Below, piece after piece: positions 9,829 to 22,815 of a DNA stretch of 64,000 nt. Source of the DNA: Candidatus Spongiisociaceae bacterium. Its GTDB lineage: Bacteria; Actinomycetota; Acidimicrobiia; Spongiisociales; Spongiisociaceae. Positions within the stretch are counted from its first letter, which is position 1. Each line of letters opens with the position of its first letter. The translations under genes and the position numbers were made by a program. The DNA lies in the NCBI GenBank assembly GCA_965262915.1, contig OZ253564.1, positions 32,001-96,000 on the forward strand, written 5' to 3'. Below the pieces are notes generated by a model. That model had not been told where the DNA came from and made no database searches. It saw nothing but the letters and a program-made list of their open reading frames with translations.

Positions 9829-11099
9829 TCGCCCAGCTAGCCCGCCGCTTGGAAGCGGGAGATATCACAGCCACCGAACTCGTAAAGGCCTGTCTAGCCG
9901 AGATCGCCACCCGAGACGCCCATCTCCGCTGCTTTCTCGAAGTCGACGAAGCCGGGGCCTTGGCACAGGCCCGGGACTCGGACCGGCGAAGAAGGAACGG
10001 CCAGGCTCTGGGTGCCTTGGACGGGATACCGGTTGCGGTGAAAGCCAACCTGGCAGTGAGTGGATTCTCCTGGTCCGGGGGGATGGCGACCCGGACACAC
10101 GTCAGGCCGTCCGAGGACGCCGCGGCCGTGGCGGCTCTCCGGGCAAGCGGGGCGGTGATCGTGGGAACAACCAACCTCCCGGAGGCGGCGATGGGGGCGG
10201 TCACCGCCAACCCCGGGTTCGGGACATGCCGCAACCCCCGACTTCCCGACCGTCACGCAGGAGGGTCGAGCGGCGGCTCGGGGGCAGCCATAGCGGCCGG
10301 CATGTCGTGGCTGGCGCTCGGCTCCGACACCATGGGCTCGGTGCGGATTCCAGCCGCCTGGTGCGGCATAGCCGGATGGAAGCCTTCAGCAGGGATCGTC
10401 CCGACCCACGGACTCCTTCCGCTGTCGGCTCGCCTCGATACGGTCGGCTTGCTGGCCACCAACTCGGACGATGTCATGATCGCTGCGCAGGCTGCCGGAT
10501 ACCTCAACTCCTCGACACCCGACACCTGTCCACCTTATCTGCTCGTCCCACTGGATCTGGTGGAAGGCACTCCTACCGAGATACAGGAGACCTTCTGGGA
10601 AGCAGTGTCGGAGATCGGATGGACGCTGGAGAGGATCCGTTTGGGATTCGACCCGGCTCGGGTGCGCCGGGCGGGGCTCCTGGCTGTGGAGGCGGAGGCT
10701 TACCTGTTCTACCGGGAGGCTCTCAGAGAGAACCCGGGAGGATTCTCGGCGCAGGTTCGCTCCATGCTGGAGTACGCGGAGGTGGCGCCGGCGTGGAAGC
10801 TGGCTCGCTCCTATCAGATCCTGGATGAAGTGCGCCGCCGGATGGCTGGGCTGACCTCGGCGGACCATCACCTGCTTGCTCTTCCCACCACTCCTCAACC
10901 ACCTGTCTCGCTGACCGAGCCCGAGCCCGCCCATCTCGGAGACCTCACCGCCTTCGTCAACGCAGCGGGCGCCTGCGCCGTCTCCATACCGGTCCTGTCC
11001 GTTACCGACGGCCCGGTGGGACTGCAACTGGCCGGTCGTCCCCGAGCCGACCGGGTTCTGCTGCAGGCCGCTCAGGAAGCGGAGAACCGCCTCGGATAG
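9825..11099 (+). CDS. amidase signature family protein
   Basis: GIPVAVK, GGSSGGS and GSDTMGSVRIPA motifs. Confidence 0.92.
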   Translation: MIAQLARRLEAGDITATELVKACLAEIATRDAHLRCFLEVDEAGALAQARDSDRRRRNGQALGALDGIPVAVKANLAVSGFSWSGGMATRTHVRPSEDAAAVAALRASGAVIVGTTNLPEAAMGAVTANPGFGTCRNPRLPDRHAGGSSGGSGAAIAAGMSWLALGSDTMGSVRIPAAWCGIAGWKPSAGIVPTHGLLPLSARLDTVGLLATNSDDVMIAAQAAGYLNSSTPDTCPPYLLVPLDLVEGTPTEIQETFWEAVSEIGWTLERIRLGFDPARVRRAGLLAVEAEAYLFYREALRENPGGFSAQVRSMLEYAEVAPAWKLARSYQILDEVRRRMAGLTSADHHLLALPTTPQPPVSLTEPEPAHLGDLTAFVNAAGACAVSIPVLSVTDGPVGLQLAGRPRADRVLLQAAQEAENRLG

Positions 11100-11147
11100 T
11101 GCTGAGGAGACCGCCGGCGGCCCACCCCCAATCCCAGCGTGCCGAGA

Positions 11148-11930
11148 TCAGCGGAAGCTGAACCGGGGCGGGCGGCGTTCGAGGAAGGCGGTCACTCCTT
11201 CCAGATGGTCTTCGCCCTCCAGGGCCTGGATGGCCAGCCGGGCGGCCTCTTCGTTCTCCTCGGTGAGGCCGTCTTCTATCAACCGGATGATCCGCTTGGT
11301 GGCTCGCACCGAGAACTGGGAGGCGGCGGTGATCTTGCGGCACAGGTCGGCAACTTCTCCGTCCAACCGCTCGGGTTGGGTGAGGCCGTCGAGCAGACCG
11401 ATTCGCTCCGCCTCTTCGGCATCGAACACATCGCCGGTGTAGAGAAGGCGTTTGGCAGCCCCCGCGCCGACGGCCCGAACCAGCTCCACCGTTCCGGGGA
11501 AGAGATAGACCATCCCCATTCGAGACGGGGAGATGGAGAAGAAGGAGGTGGTGTCGGCGATGCGGAAATCAGTGGCCAGCGCGATCGCCACCCCGCCCCC
11601 GAAACAAGCTCCCCTGATGGCGCTGATCGAGGGCTTGGCCATTTCCCGGAGAGCCACCAGTGCCTCGGAGACCCGCCGGCGACTGTCGCGGCTCCAGTCC
11701 GCATCACCCACCTGCGCCCGGTACTCGTTGAGGTCGGCGCCTGCGCAGAAAGCGTCCGGAGTGGAGCCCCGGATCACCAGCACCTTCACTTGGGGGTCGG
11801 CGTCGACCTCGGCCACCAGCTCGGGAAGCCGTCTCCACATGGCATCGGTGATGGAGTTCTTCTTCCGGGGTCGGTTGATCACCAGGGTGGCTACGCCATC
11901 GGCTTTGGATATGTAAAGAGGCTCGTCCAC
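11148..11930 (-). CDS. enoyl-CoA hydratase/isomerase family protein
   Basis: AFCAGADL, GACFGGG and EGVTAFLERRPPRF motifs. Confidence 0.92.
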   Translation of the reverse strand: MDEPLYISKADGVATLVINRPRKKNSITDAMWRRLPELVAEVDADPQVKVLVIRGSTPDAFCAGADLNEYRAQVGDADWSRDSRRRVSEALVALREMAKPSISAIRGACFGGGVAIALATDFRIADTTSFFSISPSRMGMVYLFPGTVELVRAVGAGAAKRLLYTGDVFDAEEAERIGLLDGLTQPERLDGEVADLCRKITAASQFSVRATKRIIRLIEDGLTEENEEAARLAIQALEGEDHLEGVTAFLERRPPRFSFR

Positions 11931-11959
11931 ACCCCCAGGCTATATAACCTTCAGCTTGG
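11931..11959. promoter_or_regulatory. 29-bp bidirectional promoter with back-to-back -10 boxes (both genes probably leaderless)
   Basis: Near-palindrome AGGCTATATAACCT gives TAGCCT 6 nt before GTG (minus strand) and TAACCT 9 nt before ATG (plus strand). Confidence 0.55.
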
Positions 11960-12829
11960 ATGACTGCTGCCGCTGCCTACCGCTGGCCACAGGGTGCTCT
12001 CCTGGCGCTCTCGGTGGTGATCAACGTGGAAGAAGGCGCGGAGATGTCGGTGCTGGATGGGGACCGCGGCCCGGAACCGGTCGACGAGATGGGGATCGTG
12101 CTCAAGCGTCCCATCCGCAATCGTGCGAACGAGACGAACTACCGCTATGGGATCGAAGAAGGGTTCAGGCGGGTAGGGCAGGCGCTGGATGAGCACCGGA
12201 TTGCGGCTACCTGGACGGCCGCCGCTCTGGCACTGGAGCGGGCACCCGAAGTTGCCCGATTCATCGCCGGACGCGGTGACGAAACCGCCAGTCACGGATA
12301 TCGCTGGTCCCACCAGTTCCGCATGGACGAATCCGAAGAGCGAGAGTTCATCCGAAAGGCGGTACGCTCGATCGCCCGTACCACCGGCACCCGCCCGGTC
12401 GGGCATCTGTCCCGGTACCTGGTGAGCGACAACACCCGGCGGATTCTCGCCGAAGAGGGGTTCCTCTACCACATGGACGACTACTCGCGAGACGAGCCCT
12501 TCTGGGACGTCGTGGACGGGAGACCCCTGGTGATCATGCCTTATGCGCTGGACACCAACGACATGAAGATGTGGGCGGAACCCTCCTACACCCCGAGCCA
12601 ATGGTTGGAGTACGCGGTCCATACCTTCGACTGTCTCCATGCGGAAGGCGCCGACCGTCCCCGGATGATGTCACTGGGTTTGCACCTGCGGGTGATCGGC
12701 CGTCCGGGACGCATCGGGGCACTGCACCGCTTCTTGGAACACGTAGGTTCCCGTTCCGGGGTCTGGGTTGCCACCCGCCGCAACATCGCCGAGTGCTTCG
12801 CCTCCCAGGTTTCGCCACCCAAGCCGTGA
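11960..12829 (+). CDS. polysaccharide deacetylase family protein, PuuE/allantoinase-like
   Basis: VINVEEG, YGIEEG, SHGYRW, PYALDTNDMK and MMSLGLHLRVIGRPGR motifs. Confidence 0.85.
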   Translation: MTAAAAYRWPQGALLALSVVINVEEGAEMSVLDGDRGPEPVDEMGIVLKRPIRNRANETNYRYGIEEGFRRVGQALDEHRIAATWTAAALALERAPEVARFIAGRGDETASHGYRWSHQFRMDESEEREFIRKAVRSIARTTGTRPVGHLSRYLVSDNTRRILAEEGFLYHMDDYSRDEPFWDVVDGRPLVIMPYALDTNDMKMWAEPSYTPSQWLEYAVHTFDCLHAEGADRPRMMSLGLHLRVIGRPGRIGALHRFLEHVGSRSGVWVATRRNIAECFASQVSPPKP

Positions 12830-13884
12830 ACCGTCCTACCGTATCTGAATTGAGCCGGGCACCCAAGGTGCTCTTGCACGACCACCTCGACGGTGGGCTT
12901 CGTCCCTCCACGATCGCGGAGTTGGCGGACCGGTGCGGGTACCGGGGGCTTCCCACCCGCGACCCGGAAGCCCTGGCGCTCCATATCCAGCAGGGGGCAC
13001 AACGTCGCAGCCTCGAGCTCTATCTGGACATGTTCCGGTACACATTCGGCGTCATGCAGACGGATCGTGCTCTCTACCGGGTGGCGGCCGAGTGCGCCCA
13101 GGACCTCGCGGATGACGGCGTGGTGTATGCGGAGGTGCGGTTCGCCCCCGAACTCCATCTCGAAGGCGGACTCCGACCCGACGAGGTTGTACGGGCGGTC
13201 GTAGCTGGGTTCCGCGACGGTAGCGAGGGGCGCAACATCCGCATCGGCGTACTCGTTACAGCCATGAGAACGGCCTCGCGCAGCCGGGAGATCGCGGAGT
13301 TGGCTCTACGGCACCGGGACCGGGGGGTGGTCGGGTTCGACGTCGCCGGCGCCGAGGCCGGGTATCCACCTTCCCAGCACCTCGAAGCCTTCGACCTGTT
13401 GGGTCGCAACGGGCTTCCTTTCACCATCCACGCCGGAGAAGCAGACGGTCTGCCCTCCATCCGGGAAGCCGTCCACACGTGCGGCGCCCACCGGATCGGC
13501 CACGGGCTCCGCATCGCTGATGACATCGGATCCGGCGACGTTCTCGGCTCGCTCGCCGCCTACATCCGCAAGCGACAGGTCCCTCTCGAACTCTGCCCTA
13601 CTTCGAACACTCACATCGGAGCGGCGCCCTCGATCGCCGCACACCCGATCAGCCAACTGTTGGACCTCGGCTTCCGGGTCACCCTCAACACGGACAACCG
13701 TCTGATGGGCGGGATCTCCCTCACGGGAGAGTTCGACCGTTGCTGCAGTGCATTCGGATGGTCATGGGCCGACGTGCACCGGTTGACCATCAACGCCATG
13801 GACAGCGCCTTCCTCCCTGCCGACGAGCGCAACGACATCATCGCCAGAGAGATCGAGCCCTGGTACGCCGACCGTCCCGCCTGA
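12826..13884 (+). CDS. add: adenosine deaminase
   Basis: PKVLLHDHLDGGLR, YAEVRFAP, TIHAGE, RIGHG, ELCPTSN and NTDN motifs. Confidence 0.93.
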   Translation: MNRPTVSELSRAPKVLLHDHLDGGLRPSTIAELADRCGYRGLPTRDPEALALHIQQGAQRRSLELYLDMFRYTFGVMQTDRALYRVAAECAQDLADDGVVYAEVRFAPELHLEGGLRPDEVVRAVVAGFRDGSEGRNIRIGVLVTAMRTASRSREIAELALRHRDRGVVGFDVAGAEAGYPPSQHLEAFDLLGRNGLPFTIHAGEADGLPSIREAVHTCGAHRIGHGLRIADDIGSGDVLGSLAAYIRKRQVPLELCPTSNTHIGAAPSIAAHPISQLLDLGFRVTLNTDNRLMGGISLTGEFDRCCSAFGWSWADVHRLTINAMDSAFLPADERNDIIAREIEPWYADRPA

Positions 13885-13917
13885 CCCGACCGTTCCCACC
13901 ATTGGACGGGGCCGGAC

Positions 13918-14022
13918 TAGGAGGGTGGTGTAAAACCCCTTCACGGCCCGTCGACCGATAACATAACGCCTGTTCAGAGGAAGACGGGCCGTTGCTCACC
14001 ACCGTCTTGGACCACCCTCCTA
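13918..14022. mobile_element. MITE family A, copy 3; supplies the panB stop codon
   Basis: TAGGAGGGTGGT ... ACCACCCTCCTA TIRs with an internal GGCCCG/CGGGCC stem. Confidence 0.65.
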
Positions 14023-14940
14023 CGAGACCGCTTGGACCTCGGGCCTCTTGGTCTGCATCCGACGTTGCCGCTGTTCCGCAATTAGCTGCACGGCAGCCGC
14101 CTCGATCATGTGATAGGACTCCGCGTCGCTGGGAAACCCACCTGAGCGCACGTCGGTTACCCAGTTGCCGATGGCTCCGATGGCCTCGTCGGCCAGGCCC
14201 GCGTAACGTCTGACAAATTTCGGGTAACGACCGAAGTTGAACCCGAGCAGATCGTGGGTGACCAGCACTTGGCCATCGGTGTGCGGCCCGGCCCCGATCC
14301 CGATGGTGGGGACGGTCACCTGCTGGGTGATCACCTGTGCGAGGGTGACGGGAACACCCTCGAGTACCAGGGCGAATACACCGGCCTCGTCGAGCGCCCT
14401 TGCGTCGCCGATCAGCCGGCGGGCGTCCTCGATACCCCGACCCATGACCTTGTAGCCGCCCATGGAGTGCACCGACTGGGGAGTCAAGCCAATATGGCCC
14501 ATCACCGGGATCTCCGCCGAGAGGATCTTGCGGATCATCTCCACCCGTTCCGTGCCTCCCTCCAGCTTCACCGCCTCGGCGCCTCCCTCGCGAACCAGCC
14601 GGGCCGCGTTGCGGAGGGTCTCTTCGGGACTGACGTGGAAGCTCATCCAGGGCATGTCACCGATCAGCAAGGACTTCGGCCTGGAACGGGCTACCGCGGC
14701 AGTGTGGTGGATCATGTCTTCGAGCGTCACCTCGTTGGTGGTCTCGTATCCGAGGACCACGTTGGCCACGGAGTCGCCCACCAGGATCATGTCCACCCCG
14801 GCCTGATCGGCGATCTTGCCGCCCGGATAGTCGTAGGCGGTAACCATCGCTATCTTCTCGCCGCCCTTGCGGGCCTGCACCGCGGGTGCGGTCACCTTCT
14901 TGCGGACGGCTGGTCCACCGTTGGGAGTCGGTTGCGACAT
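14020..14940 (-). CDS. panB: 3-methyl-2-oxobutanoate hydroxymethyltransferase
   Basis: TAYDY, LVGDS, DMP, VKLEGG, MGHIGLTPQ and TIGIGAG motifs. Confidence 0.97.
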   Translation of the reverse strand: MSQPTPNGGPAVRKKVTAPAVQARKGGEKIAMVTAYDYPGGKIADQAGVDMILVGDSVANVVLGYETTNEVTLEDMIHHTAAVARSRPKSLLIGDMPWMSFHVSPEETLRNAARLVREGGAEAVKLEGGTERVEMIRKILSAEIPVMGHIGLTPQSVHSMGGYKVMGRGIEDARRLIGDARALDEAGVFALVLEGVPVTLAQVITQQVTVPTIGIGAGPHTDGQVLVTHDLLGFNFGRYPKFVRRYAGLADEAIGAIGNWVTDVRSGGFPSDAESYHMIEAAAVQLIAEQRQRRMQTKRPEVQAVS

Positions 14941-15072
14941 GGCTGCTCCGTTTCTCCCCACCTTCGAGGTTGGGGGACACCTCCCGGCCCAGAGCCGGAG
15001 AGCAAATCGATCTGGTTGGTTCCGGTCCCCGGACTCGCCCGCCTCGTTGTGGTCGCGCTGTCCGGCCGGAAT
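14941..15072 (-). promoter_or_regulatory. structured panB 5' leader, candidate pan RNA motif
   Basis: TAGAGT -10 box, then stem CCGGGG-(bulged A)-CCGGA/TCCGGCTCTGG and a second hairpin near the RBS. Confidence 0.4.
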
Positions 15073-15097
15073 ACGCCAACTCTACCGGATCAGATCC

Positions 15098-15715
15098 TCA
15101 CCAGCCTCGGGCAATCCATTCGGGAAGTTCGGGGCGTTCCGTTCCGATGGTGGTAGCCGTCGGACCGTGCCCCGGATAGACCTCGGTCGAGTCGTCCAGA
15201 GCGAACAGGTGCTCCTTGATGCTCTTGATGATGGTGTCGAAGTCCCCGCCCTCGTACTGGGTGGCGCCGGGGCCTCCCGGGAAGAGCGTATCTCCCGAGA
15301 AGAGCACCCCGGGGCTCAGGAAGCACACCGACCCGGGAGTATGTCCGGGGGTATGCATGGTCAGCAGGCTGGTCTCGCCGAGCTGGACCACGTCGCCGTG
15401 GGCGAGGGGCGTGGGGGTGATCGGGGTGGTACGGGCCGCCAACTCGTAGTCGGCCGGGTGAAGCAGGAACGGTACCCTCAGAGCCTCGACCACCGGAGCC
15501 ACCGCCCTAAGATGGTCGTAGTGCCCGTGGGTGGTCAGGAGCGCTTCCACCTCCACGCCGTCAGCCAACTCGAGGACCCGATCGGGTTCTGCAGCCGCAT
15601 CGATGATCACGCCCTTGCCCGTGTGGGCGCATGCCACTACGAAGGCGTTGTTGTCGTACTCGCCCACCAAAGCTGCCTTGGTCAATATCGTGCCGTTGTC
15701 GAATGTCCAACTCAT
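15098..15715 (-). CDS. MBL-fold metallo-hydrolase (glyoxalase II-like)
   Basis: THGHYDH, HTPGHTPG, FSGDTLF and PGHG motifs; TACAGT -10 box lies 7 nt before ATG. Confidence 0.92.
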   Translation of the reverse strand: MSWTFDNGTILTKAALVGEYDNNAFVVACAHTGKGVIIDAAAEPDRVLELADGVEVEALLTTHGHYDHLRAVAPVVEALRVPFLLHPADYELAARTTPITPTPLAHGDVVQLGETSLLTMHTPGHTPGSVCFLSPGVLFSGDTLFPGGPGATQYEGGDFDTIIKSIKEHLFALDDSTEVYPGHGPTATTIGTERPELPEWIARGW

Positions 15716-15742
15716 AGTCGCCACTGTAGCCAGTGGCCGCCA

Positions 15743-15979
15743 TCAGGTGGCCGGGTGGTCCTGGCCGGCTGCCGGGGTCTCGCCGGCCGCGGGTCTGGTC
15801 GGTGCCAGACCGGCGGGTCGGGCGGACCGGACCGTCGAAGCCGGCAGCGGACCGGATCCAGCCGTCTCCCCGTCGCAGCACTCCGCCTGGTTCAGCCCGA
15901 ACATCGGGCACCGGCCGTCGAGGCACGCCGCGTGGCCGTGAATGTATCCGAGGGGTGTGCCACACCAAGCGCAGTTCAC
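15743..15979 (-). CDS. small Cys/His-rich putative zinc-binding protein
   Basis: CAWC..HGHAAC..RC..ECCDGE pattern. Confidence 0.6.
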   Translation of the reverse strand: MNCAWCGTPLGYIHGHAACLDGRCPMFGLNQAECCDGETAGSGPLPASTVRSARPAGLAPTRPAAGETPAAGQDHPAT

Positions 15980-16075
15980 CGGGTTCTCTCTTCTGGGGTG
16001 GAGGATCGACCTTACCCTGACGTGGCGTTCGCACCACGGATCAAACTGTTTGCCTGCCAGGCATTCAGGCCAGAA

Positions 16076-16110
16076 CTTGATATGTACAGACTCAGATTTT
16101 ATGGTATAAT
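16076..16110 (+). promoter_or_regulatory. HAIR (HspR operator) overlapping the extended -10 promoter of clpB
   Basis: CTTGATA-N7-ACTCAGA compared with the consensus CTTGAGT-N7-ACTCAAG; TGG-TATAAT at 16102-16110. Confidence 0.75.
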
Positions 16111-16173
16111 CAAACGTAGTTCGGTGTTGGACCAGATGGCAACCCCCAGCACCCGGCAGGAGATAGGTAACTC

Positions 16174-18771
16174 ATGGACGCAGCCAGGTTCACCCAGAAG
16201 TCACAGCAAGCCTTGGTTTCGGCCAGGGATGCCGCGGTCGGCGCCAACCATCAGACTGTCGAGCCCGCCCACCTGCTGGTCGCGCTGCTGGGGCAGCCCG
16301 ATACCGTCGCCCTACCCCTGCTGGCCAGGCTCGACGTCAATCCCGCCATCCTTCGCCGGGAGGCCGGCCAGCTGGTCGATTCCCTGCCGAAGGTCTTCGG
16401 AGGGACCGAGATCGGCTACTCGCGAGACACGATCCGGGTGTTGGAGGACGCCCAATCGGAGATGGCCTCCGCCGGAGACAGCTACACGTCGGTGGAGCAC
16501 CTACTGCTGGCCATGGCCGCTTCCAAGACCGCCGCCGGCGAACTCCTGCGTTCCTCGGGTGTCACCCGTGAAGCCATCGCCACCGTGCTGGAAGAGGTCC
16601 GGGGAGCCCGGCGGGTCACCACGGACAACCCCGAAGCCACCCAGGGCACTCTGGAGCAGTACGGGCGCGATCTGGTGGCACTGGCAGCCGAGGGCAAGCT
16701 CGACCCGGTGATCGGACGGGACGGCGAGATCCGCCGGATGATCCAGATTCTCAGCCGGCGGACCAAGAACAACCCGGTCCTCATCGGGGAGCCGGGGGTA
16801 GGCAAGACCGCCATCGCCGAAGGGCTCGCACTCCGGATCCTCGACGGTGACGTGCCCGAAGGCCTGAAGAACAAGCGGATCGTGGCCCTCGACCTCGGCG
16901 CGATGGTGGCGGGCGCCAAGTACCGGGGGGAGTTCGAGGAGCGCCTGAAGGCCACCCTCGACGAGATCAAGGCCGCCGATGGCAGGATCATCACCTTCAT
17001 CGACGAGATGCACACGCTGGTGGGCGCGGGCGCCGCCGAAGGCGCGATGGACGCCTCCAACATGCTCAAGCCCCTGCTGGCCAGGGGCGAGCTCCGCATG
17101 ATCGGCGCCACCACCCTGGACGAGTATCGCAAGCATGTGGAGAAGGACGCCGCGCTCGAGCGCCGGTTCCAGCCTGTGATGGTCGAGCCGCCTACCGTCG
17201 ACGAGACGGTCGGCATCCTGCGCGGTCTGAAAGAGCGCTACGAGGTTCACCACGGGGTACGGATCACCGACGGCGCGCTGATCGCCGCGGCTGTGCTGTC
17301 GGACCGTTACATCACGTCACGCCACCTGCCCGACAAGGCCATCGACCTGATGGACGAGTCCGCTTCCCGGCTGCGGATCGAGATCGACTCGATGCCCGAG
17401 GAGATCGACACCCTGACCCGTCGCGTCCGCCAGCTCGAGATCGAGTCCAATGCCCTCGAGCGGGAACCCGATGAGGGATCCAAAGCCCGGCTGGCTGCCG
17501 TACGCCAGGAGATCGCCGAGCTGTCGGAGGAACTCGACCGTCTCATGACCCACTGGCAGCACGAGAAGGACCAGATCGAAGCGATCAGGACCACCAAGCA
17601 CCAGATTGAGGACGCACGGGTCGAATCGGACCGCGCCACCCGGGCGGGGGACCTCCAGCGAGCGGCCGAACTCCAGTACGGCATCCTGCCGGGCCTGGCT
17701 TCCGAGCTGGTCTCACGTGAGAAGGAACTCGCCGATCTCCAGGCGGTGATGAGCATGCTGGCTGAGGAGGTGACCGACGAGGACGTGGCCTCGGTCGTGA
17801 GCCAGTGGACCGGCATCCCAGTATCCCGCCTCATGGAGAGCGAGATGGCCAAGCTGGTGCACCTCGAGGACCACCTCCACGAACGGGTGATCGGCCAGGA
17901 CGCCGCAGTCGGGGCGGTGGCGGGCGCGATCCGTCGTAGCAGGGCCGGGCTGGCCGATCCGAACCGCCCGATCGGCTCCTTCCTGTTCCTAGGCCCCACT
18001 GGAGTCGGCAAGACCGAGCTGGCCAAGGCGCTGGCCGCGTTCATGTTCGACGACGAGCGGGCCATGGTGAGGATCGACATGTCCGAGTACATGGAGAGGC
18101 ACTCGGTGAGCCGGCTGCTCGGCGCTCCTCCCGGCTACGTGGGCTACGACGAAGGCGGCCAACTGACCGAGGCGATACGGCGGCGCCCCTACGCGGTGGT
18201 ACTGCTCGACGAGGTGGAGAAGGCTCACGCCGATGTGTTCGGCGCCCTCCTCCAGGTCCTCGACGACGGCCGCCTCACCGACGGCCACGGGCGCACGGTC
18301 GACTTCACCAACTCGGTGCTGATCATGACTTCCAACCTGGGCTCGGAACTGATCACCCCCGATCTGCCCTACGAGGCGGTCCGCAGCCGCGTCATGGGGG
18401 TGGTGCGGCGCCACTTCCGCCCGGAGTTCCTCAACCGGATCGACGACATACTCGTCTTCTCCCGGCTGACCGAAGAGGACCTGCGGCAGATCGTCGACCT
18501 CCAGTTGGCGAGGCTCGCCGAGCGGATCAAGACCCGTGACATCACCCTGGAGTTGACCGATGCCGCGGCGGCCTGGCTGGCGGCCGAAGGGTACGACCCG
18601 GCCTACGGCGCCCGGCCGCTCAAGCGCCTACTCCAGACCGCCCTCGTCGACCCCCTGGCCCTGGGTCTGCTCGAAGGACGTTTCGGGCCCGGCGACACGG
18701 TGACCGTGACCACCGACAACGGAGGACTGGTCCTCTCCACCTACCAGTGGCCGATGGCCGTCGGTCAGTAA
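16174..18771 (+). CDS. clpB: ATP-dependent chaperone ClpB
   Basis: Two AAA+ modules ([16 protein letters not shown]), coiled-coil middle domain, 865 aa. Confidence 0.98.
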   Translation: MDAARFTQKSQQALVSARDAAVGANHQTVEPAHLLVALLGQPDTVALPLLARLDVNPAILRREAGQLVDSLPKVFGGTEIGYSRDTIRVLEDAQSEMASAGDSYTSVEHLLLAMAASKTAAGELLRSSGVTREAIATVLEEVRGARRVTTDNPEATQGTLEQYGRDLVALAAEGKLDPVIGRDGEIRRMIQILSRRTKNNPVLIGEPGVGKTAIAEGLALRILDGDVPEGLKNKRIVALDLGAMVAGAKYRGEFEERLKATLDEIKAADGRIITFIDEMHTLVGAGAAEGAMDASNMLKPLLARGELRMIGATTLDEYRKHVEKDAALERRFQPVMVEPPTVDETVGILRGLKERYEVHHGVRITDGALIAAAVLSDRYITSRHLPDKAIDLMDESASRLRIEIDSMPEEIDTLTRRVRQLEIESNALEREPDEGSKARLAAVRQEIAELSEELDRLMTHWQHEKDQIEAIRTTKHQIEDARVESDRATRAGDLQRAAELQYGILPGLASELVSREKELADLQAVMSMLAEEVTDEDVASVVSQWTGIPVSRLMESEMAKLVHLEDHLHERVIGQDAAVGAVAGAIRRSRAGLADPNRPIGSFLFLGPTGVGKTELAKALAAFMFDDERAMVRIDMSEYMERHSVSRLLGAPPGYVGYDEGGQLTEAIRRRPYAVVLLDEVEKAHADVFGALLQVLDDGRLTDGHGRTVDFTNSVLIMTSNLGSELITPDLPYEAVRSRVMGVVRRHFRPEFLNRIDDILVFSRLTEEDLRQIVDLQLARLAERIKTRDITLELTDAAAAWLAAEGYDPAYGARPLKRLLQTALVDPLALGLLEGRFGPGDTVTVTTDNGGLVLSTYQWPMAVGQ

Positions 18772-18861
18772 ATGGGCCCTCCGTAGCCCGCGCCCGCGGC
18801 CGGTCGTTCCGTGGCCGACTGCCGTGACCGGCCGCCGGCGGAGAGGGGACGGGTCGTTGCT

Positions 18862-19167
18862 ATGGGGGTTGTCCTGACCGTCGACCTCATCCCATCCCTA
18901 AGACCCAAAGTGCACCAGGCTGAGGTCCAAGCAGCCGTGAACGCCTTCTGCGAAACCTGCGAGACAGAACCTGTGGACGGCGAGACGTTCGCGCGGACAC
19001 ATAGACAAGTCGAAAAACTCGCCTTCTACCTAAACGCCGACCAGTGCCAACGCGTCAACCACGCCTACGAGGCCGAGATGCGCCGCCGACTCGAAGCCGG
19101 AGGAATCGCTGCCCATCGGCCGCCGCTCCGGCCTCACCCCGACATGGACAACTCCTACTTCCACTAA
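18862..19167 (+). pseudogene. C-terminal fragment of an unknown protein (possibly the tail of a DisA_N/diadenylate-cyclase-domain protein)
   Basis: TVDLIPSLRPKV...FYLNADQC..HPDMDNSYF; the family resemblance is from memory only and unverified. Confidence 0.35.
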
Positions 19168-20423
19168 GCCCTACCCGACGTGGAGTTTCAAGCGGGCAGC
19201 GACCTAGTTCGGGTCCACCGGTGTCCAATATGTCGGGTCCCGTGTTACAGGTTCCTCGGAATATGTCCTCCCTCCAGAGCGTGCTTCCTCGGAGTCCCTA
19301 CGGTGTGTAGGGCTGCTCACCCGAAACGGGCATTGGCTGCGGCTGCGTACTGGGATACCCCGGCGGGCCACCCGGAGGGGCTTAGGAACCCGACTACACA
19401 AAGAAGTTGTCTAACCACCAACCGGGCGGATTGTCGAGGTTGCCGAGCTCGCCGACCACCCAATCGGGTATCGGGCCTGCGAGCAGGTCACTAACAAGGT
19501 CAAAGTGCCCGACGAGAAGATGTACTGCAGCATGCACTGCGGCGGCGTGAACCGGCGGCCTCTTGATCCAGTCACCGAGCAAGTAGACGGGTAATAGGCC
19601 GAAGACACAGTCGGGTTTGTCCTCATAAAGCGTCCTGTAATCGCCGAGGTTGACTACCCCGCTCAACCAATCGGCGATCGGTCTGTCGGTGACCTGCGCC
19701 AGGTATTCTGACGTGGAACGGGTCTGCTACTTGGAGGGCGTGGGGCAGCACCCTGTCATACGCCTTCCGATACGAACCGGACATGTCCAACACCGCCCAG
19801 CGGATACCCCCAAGCCAATCCGCCGGTTGTGACCGGAACCAGGCTGCGGCGCTTTCTGCTGTTTTACCAGGGACTATGTCGATCAGCTGGTGGCCCCCAA
19901 CGTCGACGACAGAGGTGCACCAGACTTTGGTGCGCCACCGGCCTTTCCGCCAGAACAACGTCTCGTCGATGCCCACAGCTTGGACCTCGCCTATCCGATC
20001 GGTGTCGGCTTCCAACAGGGCTTCGCCCCAGCGGACGACCTCGTTGTTCACCGTATGCCAATCACAACCCAACTCCGCGGCGACCTCGTCGACCGAACGG
20101 CCCCGCCCACCCACCTGGATGGTCACCCACCGCGCCGCTCGGGATGTCAACAACGCCCGTTGGGGACCAATCGTGGGGTCTTGTTCGATGAACGACCTGA
20201 GCGCACAGTCGGTGTTCGGACACGTCCAGCGCCGTTTCCGCCACCGCAGCCGCACAGGCCGACCGAACGCCGGTAAATCCACCAACACCACCCTCCGATA
20301 GCCCTTCGACCACACCGACCCGCCACATGCCACACACACCGGGCGGGCCTTGCGGGACCCGATCACCACCTTGAACCGCACCGGGTTTTCCGGAGACTCG
20401 ATTAGTTGGGAGATAATGGAGTC

Positions 20424-22815
<2,392 letters not shown>

